Shown: one piece after another, positions 12,473-23,185 of the stretch | Layout: every line of letters begins with the position of its first letter | Numbering within the stretch: position 1 is the first letter of the stretch | Assembly (NCBI GenBank): GCA_963745835.1 | Contig: CAVUZH010000018.1 | Coordinates: forward strand, 128,001-192,000 | Origin: an uncultured delta proteobacterium | GTDB lineage: Bacteria; Desulfobacterota; Binatia; UBA9968 | Length of the DNA: 64,000 nt | Reading direction: 5' to 3' | Translations under genes and position numbers: made by a program | Notes under the pieces: model-generated | What the model was told of the DNA's origin: nothing | The model's input: the letters and a program-made list of their open reading frames with translations, nothing else | Databases searched by the model: none

Positions 12473-12852
12473 CGCTCGATTAATAACTTCGAACATCTCA
12501 AAAGGCAACTCGCGATAGTCATGAACCAAAACAGGAAATCACGAAAAGCCGGTGCGATAGTGTCCCGCCGGATCAGATCTGCTGATCGGACAATGCAACG
12601 CTGGTCACGGAACGGTAGCGCTATTTACAAGACCGATGCAGGCCACCTAGGTAGCGTCCCAATCGGCTTCGGTCCTGGACCTGAATGATTGGACAGGCTG
12701 CAACGGATCTGCTGCAGTTTTCACCCAAGACTGACGTACTCTACGCAATTCTGTCCATAATTGTCCAACTCGGAACATTATGGCCTTGGTAAAGACTCGA
12801 GAATCCGACTATTGGTTTAGTATCCGTTGGGAAATGTCACCCTTACCGACGA

Positions 12853-12867
12853 TGGCATAATTTTAGC
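12853..12867 (+). promoter_or_regulatory. Putative sigma-54 promoter upstream of pilM
   Basis: TGGCATAATTTTAGC fits GG-N10-GC in the priA/pilM divergent intergenic region. Confidence 0.4.
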
Positions 12868-13280
12868 GTTAGCGGCTTTTACTCCACATCCGTGGCCGTA
12901 CCACTCACAGCAACCTCATAGATGGCAGCGGAGGGGTAATGAAAAGACACTCTTTTTGGGGAGCTCAAAGAGCGCGGGAAAGTGAACAATCCTTCGGCCG
13001 CTGAATCCGCCGTTATTAGCATCAACTAGAAACGACGGTCACGAAAATGTAGCTTTCGTTGATAGTTGTTGATTACGACTGGAGTCGAATGAGTTCAGGT
13101 ACAAATTGTAGCTCGTATGTTACCTACATTACGCAAAGAGGACATTAAGGGAGCCATTGATAGGTTAGGGTCAGCTGCTGCCTACGGGGTTTCATCGAGC
13201 TGACTCGCCAGCGATCGGTAGGAACAAACCTCGCATTCGGCACTCAGCGCTACCTTCTGGCAGAAAGTATCATTCCAGTC

Positions 13281-14381
13281 ATGGGTTCTTTCTTGACCAA
13301 ATTTAATCTCAGTGCGTTGACATCGTTTGGACGGAACGGTGGTTTCGTTGCGCTCGATATCGGATCGAGCTCGATTAAAATGGTTGAAACCTCGATCGAA
13401 CGAGGTGGTTATCGGGTATTGAGCTTGGGGGTACTTCCAGTTCCGCTGGATGCGATTCAGAACAATATGGTTGTTAATGCTAAGTTGGTGGCAGATACAA
13501 TTCGGCGCCTTGTTCAAGAGAACCGAGTGAAGTCAACTCAAGTGGTGTCTGCGGTGCCCGGCAGGGCTGTCATTATGAAACGAATTGAAATGCCGATGCA
13601 GGAAGAAGCGGAGTTGGAGGCTAATATAGAGTTTGAAGCCAACAATGTAATTCCAGAGAGAATGGAGAATGTCAATCTAGATTACCAAGTCGTTAACGCG
13701 ATCGCCGGCGGGAGCAAACTGGATGTTCTGCTGGTGGCGGTGAAAAAGGAAATTGTTAACAGCTATACCGAGGCTATTGAAGAAGCCGGTCTCAAGCCCG
13801 TGATTATGGATGTCGATTATTTCGCCATGGAAAATATGTACGAAGCAAACTATTCGACAGAACCGGGCGGCGGATTGGTTGGGCTTATCCACATTGGGGC
13901 ACGTTATACCAGTGTAACTTTGCTGAATAATGGCATGTCGACATTTACCGGTGATCTGCCATTCGGCGGCGACGATTTCAGGGATAGCTTGAAAAGAGAA
14001 TTGAACTTGTCTTCGGAAGGAGCCGAAACTGCAAAGATCACGGGCATGGTCGACGGAAAGAAGGGCTTCGATATCGAGGCCATGCTCAAACCGACCTCAG
14101 AAAACCTAGCCGAAGAAATTCGACGAACGGTTACCTTATACGGCACGGTTGGAACGGAAGAAGGCGATGGGTTGAAAGCGATTTACTTGAGCGGTGGCAG
14201 TGCTCAAACGATCGGATTGCGCGCTATGTTAGAGCAGCAACTGGTAGTGCCAGTGCGAATGGCTGAACCCTTTCGTGGGTTCAATGTGGATAAGAAAATC
14301 GACAGACACTTCATTACGGAAGACGCGCCTGCCTTCGCCGTCGGAGCTGGGTTGTCTATCCGCAGACCCGGGGACAAGTGA
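13281..14381 (+). CDS. pilM: Type IV pilus assembly protein PilM
   Basis: Actin-like fold motifs ALDIGSSSIK and YLSGGSA; first gene of pilMNOPQ. Confidence 0.95.
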   Translation: MGSFLTKFNLSALTSFGRNGGFVALDIGSSSIKMVETSIERGGYRVLSLGVLPVPLDAIQNNMVVNAKLVADTIRRLVQENRVKSTQVVSAVPGRAVIMKRIEMPMQEEAELEANIEFEANNVIPERMENVNLDYQVVNAIAGGSKLDVLLVAVKKEIVNSYTEAIEEAGLKPVIMDVDYFAMENMYEANYSTEPGGGLVGLIHIGARYTSVTLLNNGMSTFTGDLPFGGDDFRDSLKRELNLSSEGAETAKITGMVDGKKGFDIEAMLKPTSENLAEEIRRTVTLYGTVGTEEGDGLKAIYLSGGSAQTIGLRAMLEQQLVVPVRMAEPFRGFNVDKKIDRHFITEDAPAFAVGAGLSIRRPGDK

Positions 14382-14983
14382 TCCGGCTTAATCTACTCCC
14401 GGTTCGTGAACTTAACGCAGAATCTGATCGCCGGAGGGATCTGATTGTAACGGGCGTCTCGCTAGCCATCACTACGTTGATACTAGTGGGCATTTACTTG
14501 TATCAATCAGCCCATTTGTCGCACTTGGCAAACGAGCTTCCCGTGATCCGGAAGGAAGTAGAGATTTTAAACGGCAAAGTAAAAGAACTCGGCAATTTGG
14601 AAGCCAAGATAAAGGAACTGAGAAGCAAGCATAAAGTGATCGAAGACCTGCGCGGCCAGAAGATGGGTCCGACTCTAGTTATGGACAGCCTCGCGGCGGC
14701 TATTCCGTCGAGTCTTTGGTTAGTCGAACTGAAGCAAAGTGGCGGAAGCCTTATAATGAACGGGTTGGCTATGGATAATCAGTCGGTGGCCGAATTTATC
14801 AGGTCGTTATCTCGATCTGGTCACTTCCGAGATGTCGAATTAGTAGAAACAACTCAGGCGGACCAGAAGACAGGGCCCTTTAAGAAATTCTCCATTCAAT
14901 CCGGCATTTCTTATAGGGTTCCGGCAACTCCGGTTAGCTCCTCAGCTCCTCCTCAGGCGGATCCGAAAGGAAACAAGAGTTGA
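14378..14983 (+). CDS. pilN: Type IV pilus assembly protein PilN
   Basis: N-terminal IRLNLLP motif, TM helix, coiled coil; overlaps the pilM stop. Confidence 0.92.
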   Translation: MIRLNLLPVRELNAESDRRRDLIVTGVSLAITTLILVGIYLYQSAHLSHLANELPVIRKEVEILNGKVKELGNLEAKIKELRSKHKVIEDLRGQKMGPTLVMDSLAAAIPSSLWLVELKQSGGSLIMNGLAMDNQSVAEFIRSLSRSGHFRDVELVETTQADQKTGPFKKFSIQSGISYRVPATPVSSSAPPQADPKGNKS

Positions 14984-15603
14984 ACGCCGCGGTTGAGAAC
15001 ATCCTCGACCGGCCCAAAGGTCAAAAGCTCGGGATATTGGTCGGGTTAATCATCCTTATATCAGCGGCTTTTTACTCGTTTCTTTATAGTCCGCAAGCTG
15101 ACGAAGTTGCCAAATTGAATGAAAGCATCGAGGCGGCACAAAATGAAAAAAGTACCAAACAAAAGCGCGCCGCTAATTTGCCGAAGCTACAAAAAGAATT
15201 GGGCGAGCTGGATGTAAGATTAAAAGAGGCGATAGCGCAACTTCCTAGTAAGAAGGAAATTGCGGATCTTCTGTCTAGTATTGCGGCAAAAGCCCAAGAG
15301 TCCGGATTGGACATCAATCTGTTTCGTCCGAGACCTGAAAACTACAAGGATTTCTACGCGGAGATACCAGTAGAAATAAACATTAAAGGAACGTTTCACA
15401 ACGTGATTATGTTTTTTGATGCAATCGGAAGGCTCACAAGGTTAATCAATATTGATAATGTCGGGTTTAAGAATCCTACGACATCGGGCGATCAGATGAT
15501 TCTCGAATTTACAACAACCGCGACCACGTACCGTTTCCTGGAAGAGGCGGAGCGAAAAAAAATTGCTGAAGAAAAGGCCAACGCGTTGAAGGCCAAGAAA
15601 TAG
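14980..15603 (+). CDS. pilO: Type IV pilus assembly protein PilO
   Basis: TM plus coiled coil, LPSKKEIADLL, FYAEIPV, RLINI. Confidence 0.93.
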   Translation: MNAAVENILDRPKGQKLGILVGLIILISAAFYSFLYSPQADEVAKLNESIEAAQNEKSTKQKRAANLPKLQKELGELDVRLKEAIAQLPSKKEIADLLSSIAAKAQESGLDINLFRPRPENYKDFYAEIPVEINIKGTFHNVIMFFDAIGRLTRLINIDNVGFKNPTTSGDQMILEFTTTATTYRFLEEAERKKIAEEKANALKAKK

Positions 15604-15608
15604 AGATC

Positions 15609-16241
15609 ATGGGAGCTTTGTTGAGTTTTTCTTTACGTGTTGTGACCGCAATCTTAGCGACAGCTTTAGTAATCGAGTTTGTTATCGCTCAGGAGCAGAT
15701 TCAGACTCCGTCTCAAAAGACCAAAGAGGCGGTGGATAGGCTGGCAAAGACGCCCGCGACGATCGGCAAAAGTCTTGGGGTACTTACTGAAGCGGCGAAC
15801 GCGAAGTTGAGGCAGGTCTTTGGTGACAAAGAGGAAAGTAAAACGAACGGGGAACCCGATGATAGTGTGCTCTTGAAAAAAAAGAATCTCGAGCCTGAGT
15901 CGCCGAAATTTATTCGGAAAGTGAATCGCGATCCTTTTCGGCCGCCTAGCATTCAAACAAGGACCGGTACCCGGTCCCGAGACAATTTATCTCCTCTCGA
16001 ACGGTTCGAGTTGGGGCAACTTAAGGTGGTTGGCATCGTTTGGGACGTTAAAGAGCCCAGAGCGATGATAGAAGACAGCGCAGGCCTTGGCTATACCATT
16101 CTGGTTGGCACGCCGATAGGCGGGAGCGAAGGCAAGGTGAAAGGAATTCATCGCGACCAAGTGGTTGTTGAGGAGTCTTTTGAAGATGTCTCTGGCAAGA
16201 AAAAAACCCGCGAAGTCTCCATGAAACTATCAACAGATTAA
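15609..16241 (+). CDS. pilP: Type IV pilus assembly protein PilP
   Basis: RDPFRP and PLERFELGQLKVVGIVW motifs; lies between pilO and pilQ. Confidence 0.88.
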   Translation: MGALLSFSLRVVTAILATALVIEFVIAQEQIQTPSQKTKEAVDRLAKTPATIGKSLGVLTEAANAKLRQVFGDKEESKTNGEPDDSVLLKKKNLEPESPKFIRKVNRDPFRPPSIQTRTGTRSRDNLSPLERFELGQLKVVGIVWDVKEPRAMIEDSAGLGYTILVGTPIGGSEGKVKGIHRDQVVVEESFEDVSGKKKTREVSMKLSTD

Positions 16242-16269
16242 TGGCAATGAACAAGGAGAGAGAAAATTC

Positions 16270-18279
16270 ATGCTTTGTCTGAATCGGCGGGTTCAGAGAA
16301 TCGCCCAAAGTGGATCTGCTGCCTTATTCCTCATTTTGGGAATCGTTCATGGGGCGGCTTTATCAGGTTGTGGGCATAGTGCGAGTAAAGCCCCTGTAGT
16401 CAGCCGAAACCAAGCTACTGCCCAATCACCGACCGTTCAATCGCAACCTAGCACCCGAGAAGAGCAGACGCCGTCTGGACTCCTAAAGCTACAGGATCTT
16501 TCAGTCCTCGAAGAGGGTGGCCAAACAACAATATCAATTAAGTTTTCACAGCCGGTATCTGAATTTCGGCATTTTCCCCTGTCACAGCCGTCACGAATTG
16601 TTCTCGATTTATTGAGCGATATTAAACGGGCCCCCATAAGTGAGAGCTTTCGTATCGACACACATTGGGTTGGAACGTTACGCTTGACTGCCAATGACGC
16701 CAGTATCCGGTTGGCCGCCGACATTGCGGCCGCTACCGTGCCGGCATATGTGGTCACCCCTCAAGATGGCGGTCTGAAAATAGTGATCGGTCTTTTTAAC
16801 CCCGATGCGACAGCAAAAAGGCAGGCGGTTCTTTTCAAAGATGGAGTACGTTCAGACATCCGGTCAGCCGGACCGACGTCGTCGTTAAAGGGTTCGAGCG
16901 AGGATGTTAAATCTTCTGTGGCGGGTCAGGCTAAGGCTGAAGATAAGAGATATACGGGCCAGAAGATATCGCTGGAATTTAAGGATGCCGACATAAAGAA
17001 TGTGTTCCGGCTCCTCGCCGAAGTGAGCGGTAATAACATCATGGTCACCGACGACGTCAACCGTAAAGTTACCGTTCGTCTAATTGAACTGCCGTGGGAC
17101 CAAGCGATGGACCTAATTGTTGAAACCAATGGCTTGGCTAAAGAAGAAATCGGCAACGTGATCCGAATATCCACAGCTGGCCGATTCAAGTCTGACAGGG
17201 ACGCTTTGGTAGCCGCCAGGAGAGCGAGAGATGACCTGGAGCCACTGCAGACAGTCTACTACAGTATCAACTATGCTAAGGTGAAAGAGCTTGAGTCCAA
17301 GGTGAAGCCGCTCATGAGCAAGCGGCCCGACGCCGCGTTGGTCATTGATGAGCGAAGCAACACTATCATGTTGCGGGACCTGCAAAAGAGCATAGAAGAT
17401 GTAAGTACTCTCGTCACAAAACTCGATTTGCGAACGGCTCAAGTTCTAATCGAATCAAATCTAGTGGAGACGACGCCGACGTTTTCCAGAGCCTTAGGAA
17501 CTGAAATCGATGCGATATTTAATGGGCGCGTTGTCGCTAGTTCAAGATTCTTGGCCGGTAGTCCCTTTGCAGGGAGCGCCAACACGGTTGCCCCGCCTTT
17601 TCCGGTACCGAGCACGGGTTTCCGGTTTGGTTACACGCCGGCTAACTTGAATGGTTTTATCACGGCCGCTGAGAACGAAGGAAACGCTAAAATCATTTCA
17701 CGGCCATCTATAGTCACGCTTAATAACGTGCCGTCAACGATCAAAAGCGAAAGAATTTTAAGGATTGCGCTGCCTAGCTCGACAAACATAGCTAGTGGCA
17801 GTGGGGCCGCCGCCGGTACGGCAGTGGCAACGGAAAAAATCCCTGTGGGGATCAATCTCACTGTAACCCCTCAGGTTTCGAGCGACGGATTCGTTTTGAT
17901 GAATATAAAAGTGAAGTCGAGTTCCGTCGCCAATTCGTCAACAGTCTCCGGTGGAACGGCAGGTGTGATCCCCTTTGACGAGCTTAACCGCGAGGCAGAA
18001 GCAAACGTGCTTGTGCGAGACGGTGAGACGATCGTAATCGGCGGAATACTTAAGGACATTGACTCGGATTCCCAAAGTGGAATTCCCTACCTCAAAGACA
18101 TTCCTGTTTTCGGCTGGCTTTTTAGAAACTGGCGATTTCAAAAAGACTTTGAAGAGTTGGTGGTCTTTATTACGCCGAGAATTGCTGCAGCAGGTTCAGA
18201 AAATCTTCCATCAGCAGAGCAGCTTTGGCGCAACCAAATGGAAAAAACCAAGACAGAAGCAGCGAATGCAACGCACTAA
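16270..18279 (+). CDS. pilQ: Type IV pilus secretin PilQ
   Basis: AMIN-like N-terminus, YTGQKISLEFKDADI, PWDQAMD, secretin C-terminus GIPYLKDIPVFGWLF...ELVVFITPRI. Confidence 0.95.
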   Translation: MLCLNRRVQRIAQSGSAALFLILGIVHGAALSGCGHSASKAPVVSRNQATAQSPTVQSQPSTREEQTPSGLLKLQDLSVLEEGGQTTISIKFSQPVSEFRHFPLSQPSRIVLDLLSDIKRAPISESFRIDTHWVGTLRLTANDASIRLAADIAAATVPAYVVTPQDGGLKIVIGLFNPDATAKRQAVLFKDGVRSDIRSAGPTSSLKGSSEDVKSSVAGQAKAEDKRYTGQKISLEFKDADIKNVFRLLAEVSGNNIMVTDDVNRKVTVRLIELPWDQAMDLIVETNGLAKEEIGNVIRISTAGRFKSDRDALVAARRARDDLEPLQTVYYSINYAKVKELESKVKPLMSKRPDAALVIDERSNTIMLRDLQKSIEDVSTLVTKLDLRTAQVLIESNLVETTPTFSRALGTEIDAIFNGRVVASSRFLAGSPFAGSANTVAPPFPVPSTGFRFGYTPANLNGFITAAENEGNAKIISRPSIVTLNNVPSTIKSERILRIALPSSTNIASGSGAAAGTAVATEKIPVGINLTVTPQVSSDGFVLMNIKVKSSSVANSSTVSGGTAGVIPFDELNREAEANVLVRDGETIVIGGILKDIDSDSQSGIPYLKDIPVFGWLFRNWRFQKDFEELVVFITPRIAAAGSENLPSAEQLWRNQMEKTKTEAANATH

Positions 18280-18475
18280 GCTGAGGCACGATCGTAGCAG
18301 GACTACGGCTCGTACCAATAAGGCGCCTTGCGCCGAGGAATTGATACCTCAGAATTATTCATTGCGGATTGGGGATGCTAGAGTAACGAAGAGTTTGTTC
18401 CTTAGAGTTGCTGTCCTCAACGATTAACATCCATAGAGGTTTGGATCCCACTGCCGCCGCAATACGGCACCTGAA

Positions 18476-19237
18476 TTAGTCTGAAGATAATGAGCTAATG
18501 TCCATGTCGTTTCTTTTCATCTCGGCAATCACACGCTCACGCTCGCTCTCGAGCTCGGTAATCTGCTTCCTTAAATCACTGAGTAATTTCTCTTTTTCCG
18601 TGTAGGCTGGTGGTGGATTCGTGGAAAATGGAGGGGATTGTGCCTCGCCTCCGGACGGCAGTCCCTGCGCCTTGTATTGAGCGTCTCTAAGTCGCGACAA
18701 AAGATCCGCCTGGTGACCTCTAAAGGCTTCTTCGGTTGTGAATAAGAACGGCTCGACTCCTGTGTTACCTCGAGTCTCCGCAGCGTATCGACCTCTAAGT
18801 TCTTTTAGCTGATCATCAATTTTCTTGATCAGTTGACGGTAGGTGTCTTCCTTCACGTCCGGTTTAGTGATCTCTTTCGCTTCGCTACGCTGGTTCTCCG
18901 TAGGGTTTTGGGGTGTGCCAGTGTTTGTTCGTTCTAGAGCAGGTACTCTATCTTCTGGGACCGTTACAGGCGCGGATCGCAGTGGTGCCTCGGTGGGAGA
19001 TTTCGCTCCTACGGCCGGTTTGATCGTCTGAATCTGATCCTTGGGAATAGAGATTTCGCCGCCGAAGCCGTGAAGTTTTACTATACCCGCCTCTTCGCGA
19101 AAATTTTGTACATTAAAGCGGCGGCCGTTTTTCAAAACTATCGTATAATCCGCGAACAAAGGAAGATTGTATGAAAGGAGGGCGGCGGTCGCAGAATAAA
19201 AAATGAATAGTCGTTTCATAGGTATCGAATATACCAT
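18476..19237 (-). CDS. Secreted hypothetical protein (small N-terminal beta domain, low-complexity linker, coiled coil)
   Basis: Signal peptide followed by ADYTIVLKNGRRF; similar to 22389..22955. Confidence 0.7.
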   Translation of the reverse strand: MVYSIPMKRLFIFYSATAALLSYNLPLFADYTIVLKNGRRFNVQNFREEAGIVKLHGFGGEISIPKDQIQTIKPAVGAKSPTEAPLRSAPVTVPEDRVPALERTNTGTPQNPTENQRSEAKEITKPDVKEDTYRQLIKKIDDQLKELRGRYAAETRGNTGVEPFLFTTEEAFRGHQADLLSRLRDAQYKAQGLPSGGEAQSPPFSTNPPPAYTEKEKLLSDLRKQITELESERERVIAEMKRNDMDISSLSSD

Positions 19238-19635
19238 GGTAGGGCATCTCCAGAAATGGATTTTAGAACTTTGTCAGCGGCGTTGAGCGTAAGGGCAACT
19301 ATGTAACATTTAGGTCTAAGGCTCTCCCTAAACGCAGTGATACACTATCTTTCTAGAAGTTTGGATGGTGATTTGTCTCAGTCTGGCCGACCTAGATTCT
19401 CAGGCACGTATTAATTGGTCGAATCGTAGGGCTGTCGGGGGTTTTGTGGGTTCGTTTGCCTGCGTACGCTCCCATAGTCATGAATTTTCGCCGTTCCGTG
19501 TCAGATGAGCCAATATTGTCGAAATTTTCTGCTGAGATGACCATATCGGTGCAACCCATGGTGCCCGCGTGGCCTCACTTTGGAAGAGTTCGGGGACGGT
19601 AGGGATGTTTACGGAGATAATTGTGCGTCATTGTT

Positions 19636-19651
19636 TGGTACAGTTTCTGCT
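19636..19651 (+). promoter_or_regulatory. Putative sigma-54 promoter of the minor pilin operon
   Basis: TGGTACAGTTTCTGCT fits GG-N10-GC, about 70 bp upstream of ATG 19723. Confidence 0.5.
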
Positions 19652-19722
19652 CGCCCTTGTCGGTGGCGTCGCGCGCAACCTTTAGCGCGGAATCACATAA
19701 ATTGGCAGTTTCGATCCCATTC

Positions 19723-20202
19723 ATGATCTTAAAGTCAGGAAAAAGAATTCTAGCTGATGTTAGCGGCTTCTCGATCGGGGAACTGATGACGGTAGTAAGC
19801 CTTATCGGAATAGTAACCGCCGTAGGTATTCCCAGTTTCTTGTCCTTTCAACCGAGTATGCGGCTAAATGGCGCCGCGAGAGAAGTCCTGAGTAGACTCA
19901 ATTGGGCGCGAGCTAACGCCGTGCAGAATAACAACACCTCTGTCGTCACATTCTTAAACGATCACAGCTTTCAGATCTTCAACGATGCCAATGGTAACGG
20001 GTCAGCAGACGCTAATGAAACAGTAACTATAAATCTTCAAACAAATTACTCCGACGTAACTTTCGCGGTGACTGGTTCCAGCTCTACGCCAACGTTCAAC
20101 GGGCGCGGGACGGCTAGCTCAGATACCACGGTAACGATTAGCAATCCAAGCGGCTCCAAGACCGTGGCTGTCAGTCCGACGGGCAACGTAAAAATCAATT
20201 AA
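19723..20202 (+). CDS. Minor pilin, FimT/FimU/GspH family
   Basis: Prepilin site G|FSIGELM, hydrophobic helix, C-terminal PTFNGRG...VSPTGNVK. Confidence 0.85.
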   Translation: MILKSGKRILADVSGFSIGELMTVVSLIGIVTAVGIPSFLSFQPSMRLNGAAREVLSRLNWARANAVQNNNTSVVTFLNDHSFQIFNDANGNGSADANETVTINLQTNYSDVTFAVTGSSSTPTFNGRGTASSDTTVTISNPSGSKTVAVSPTGNVKIN

Positions 20203-20203
20203 C

Positions 20204-20620
20204 ATGGGCAGAAACTCTCGAAAGAGCCGCCTTACGATAGTGAGCAAAGAGCGAGGTTTTACTCTCATTGAGGTTCTTGTAACAGCGCTGATTTTAACGA
20301 CCGGGCTGCTTGGCACGTTAGGCCTAGCCACCGGAGTCATTCGCGGAAATTTCTTCAGCAAGAATCTTACGTCGGCGACAGCAATTGCTCAGACCCAGCT
20401 GGAGGCGGTTCAGAATAGAGGGTATGTGAACGCAACCACAGCTAATTTTCCAGCAGCCGCCGTAACAGTCAGCATGGGCAACGTGAACTTTGCCCGGACT
20501 ACGATCATCACAAATGATTCGCCAAGCACTAACATGAAAACGATTTCGGTGATGGTGAGTTGGGCTGAGAGCAATAATGCGGCTCGCTCGGTCTCTCTTC
20601 AGACGATTCTGGCCCAATGA
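20204..20620 (+). CDS. Minor pilin, PilV-like
   Basis: RG|FTLIEVLV prepilin motif; second gene of the minor pilin set. Confidence 0.85.
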   Translation: MGRNSRKSRLTIVSKERGFTLIEVLVTALILTTGLLGTLGLATGVIRGNFFSKNLTSATAIAQTQLEAVQNRGYVNATTANFPAAAVTVSMGNVNFARTTIITNDSPSTNMKTISVMVSWAESNNAARSVSLQTILAQ

Positions 20621-21222
20621 ATTTTGCGCCCTCCATAAAGTTTAGAAATCTAGAAGGATTCACCTTGGTCGAGCTCATGGTTTCGATGGGCATCGGAATG
20701 GTGATACTTGCTGCTGTTACAACAACTTTCATGTCACAAACCCGGATTTATAATGCGCAAGAACAAATTAACGAAATGCAGCAAAACGCCCGAGGCGTGC
20801 TCGATATCCTTTCCCGTGAATTAAAGATGGCCGGCTACAAACCCAATGGGGGAGGTTTTAACGGAGTCACTTACAGCACTATACAGTTGATGGTTCAAGC
20901 GGATCTTAATTCAGACGGAGCAATCAGCACCAGTAGCACGGCCAATGAACAAATTACCTACGCATTCGATAGTGCGAACGATCAGATTACCCGAGCTGTA
21001 GGCAGCGGTAGCCCCCAGATACTCGCCGAGCACATTAGTGCGTTTACTTTCAATTATCTGAATAGTACGGGCGCAGCGACAACTGTATCGGCCAACATAC
21101 GTCAGGTAAGTATTACAATTACCGCTAAAACTGCGAAACCTGACCCGAACTACACCTCTGATGGTGGATACAGGACTTACACTACGTCCGCGACGATTAC
21201 GCCCGGGAATTTGGCTCTATAA
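20617..21222 (+). CDS. Minor pilin, PilW-like
   Basis: EG|FTLVELMV and MQQNARGVLDILSRELKMAGY. Confidence 0.87.
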   Translation: MNFAPSIKFRNLEGFTLVELMVSMGIGMVILAAVTTTFMSQTRIYNAQEQINEMQQNARGVLDILSRELKMAGYKPNGGGFNGVTYSTIQLMVQADLNSDGAISTSSTANEQITYAFDSANDQITRAVGSGSPQILAEHISAFTFNYLNSTGAATTVSANIRQVSITITAKTAKPDPNYTSDGGYRTYTTSATITPGNLAL

Positions 21223-21239
21223 CTGTGAGAGTTGAAAGA

Positions 21240-22392
21240 ATGCGTCGATACAGAGTCAGCGCTATTACCATCGATCGATTATCGAAGAGCGAGCAGGGCT
21301 TCCTCCTTGTCGCAGCTTTGACGTTGCTCTCGGCGCTCACACTGGTTGGTACGACGGCCTATCTGTTATCACGCCACGGACATCAAGATAGGAGGTAACT
21401 TCAGAAATAACCAGATGGCACTTCAGGTCGCGATGGCAGGGGCGGAACGAGGGCGCCAATTATTCAGAATAGAAAACATGTCAAGTAGCGACGCTGGTTC
21501 GTTCAGCGACGAACTAAACAGTTCCGCCCGCAAAGGTGCCAATGGAGTTCTCAATGGTTACAGTACGACCACGGACGATCAAGCTATCGCTAGCGGCACT
21601 CTCAACGGAAGCTCCTATTCTGTTTATTTGACCAACGATTCGGCAGACGGAACGTCGAACACGACCGATGCCAATGGGAAAGTGTTGCTGACGTCCGTGG
21701 CGACTGGCCCGAGCAGTGCAAAAGCACGTGTCGAGATCATTGTAGAAGTCAATACGGCGGTTGCTTCGAGCCCAGCGGTCGTTTACTCGAAAGGTGATGT
21801 AACCGGCAACGGTTCTTCCTTGACCATCAATGGCAGTGATGCTTGCAGCCAAGAAACGGCACTCGGGCCGATTTATACAAAGGATCCCGCTACCACCACT
21901 CTCAACGGCACTCCAACCTTGTCAGGTAGTCCATCAACACCGCAGCATGGCACATTGGATATAGATATTCAGAGCCTGATCGATAGCTTAAAGCCATCGG
22001 CGACAACGACGTTGACTGAGGACCAAAACAGCGGCACCTACGGCAGTACAAGCAACTACGTCACAGTCTACACCGACACTAGTGATCCGGAGAACAATCA
22101 AGGGCTCAAGCTGCAAAACCTCACAGGCTATGGGATCCTTCTGGTAAAGGGAGACTTAGTCTTGGGAGGAGGCTTTACCTGGAACGGGCTAATATATGCG
22201 ACCGGGTCAGTCACTCTAAACGGTGGTGGCGGGGCTGGAATCAATGTCTACGGGCAAATCTATGCAGGAACCTCGAGCGTGACCGATGTCACGATCAATG
22301 GTGGCAACACTTTGGGCTATGACAGTTGCAAAATAAAGAAAGCTTTGGCTTCTCAGGCCTTCAAAGTAGTCAGCTGGAAACATGCCTATTAA
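21240..22392 (+). CDS. PilX-like minor pilin with long Gly/Ser/Thr-rich C-terminal domain, frameshifted near 21370
   Basis: ATG 21240 reads ...EQG|FLLVAALTLLSALTLVG (PilX-type, no E5); continues in the frame of ORF 21346..22392 (ALQVAMAGAERG). Confidence 0.8.
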
Positions 22393-22955
22393 TGTCGGTC
22401 TTTTAGAATATCTTCCAGGGCATCCCCTATTCTGTGAAGTTCTGTAAACTCATTCAAATAGCGATTCGATTCACCGCTAGTCTGAATTTTACGCTTCAAG
22501 GTAGTGACATCTTTTGAAAACTCGTTCAACTCGGATGTTAACATACCGCTTACCGAGCTGAATTTCTGCTTCAGCACTTCAAGGTCTTTCAGTATAGGAT
22601 CATTTGGATCCACCTTTACCTCAGTTTTAGCGGTCGAAGGAACTAACGCTTTATTTGACTCAGATTCATCTTTCCTTGCCGTAACCTGAGGCTTTTCGTC
22701 CTGTCTCGGTAATGTGTTAAGCTGAAGAGGTTTGTCAGATCGGGCGATCTTCGATACGAAGTTTCTGTCCACACCAACCACACCGCCATAGACATCAAAC
22801 ATAACCTGGGTTCCTTCCTGCCAGTGCCGGCCGGTAACGAACTCATTACCGTTTTTAAGCTTAATCACGAATGCCGCGTCAGCCAAGTCGGCTTCAACCG
22901 CCCAAGCCATAACACATAAAATAATTACTAAGCTCCTCATATGGCAGTCCCTCAC
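22389..22955 (-). CDS. Secreted hypothetical protein, paralog of 18476..19237
   Basis: Signal peptide then AAFVIKLKNGNEF; C-terminal coiled coil. Confidence 0.7.
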   Translation of the reverse strand: MRDCHMRSLVIILCVMAWAVEADLADAAFVIKLKNGNEFVTGRHWQEGTQVMFDVYGGVVGVDRNFVSKIARSDKPLQLNTLPRQDEKPQVTARKDESESNKALVPSTAKTEVKVDPNDPILKDLEVLKQKFSSVSGMLTSELNEFSKDVTTLKRKIQTSGESNRYLNEFTELHRIGDALEDILKDRH

Positions 22956-23185
22956 GTAGCGCGTATTTTAGCATTTAAACCCAAACATCACCAAAGCTAT
23001 TTGCCTGGCGCTAAACCGGAGTGAATAATCTTCTCTGTCACGGTTAGACAATTCTGTGTCCCGTTTCGACGTGATCGGTTGTACTGCACTGGTCTTAACA
23101 TGCTCCTTTTTGATCTCTTTGCGCGTGACCAACTGCAGTTTCCCACCACTAGCCTCGCAAAATATAATAGGTTAGGATACGCCGC

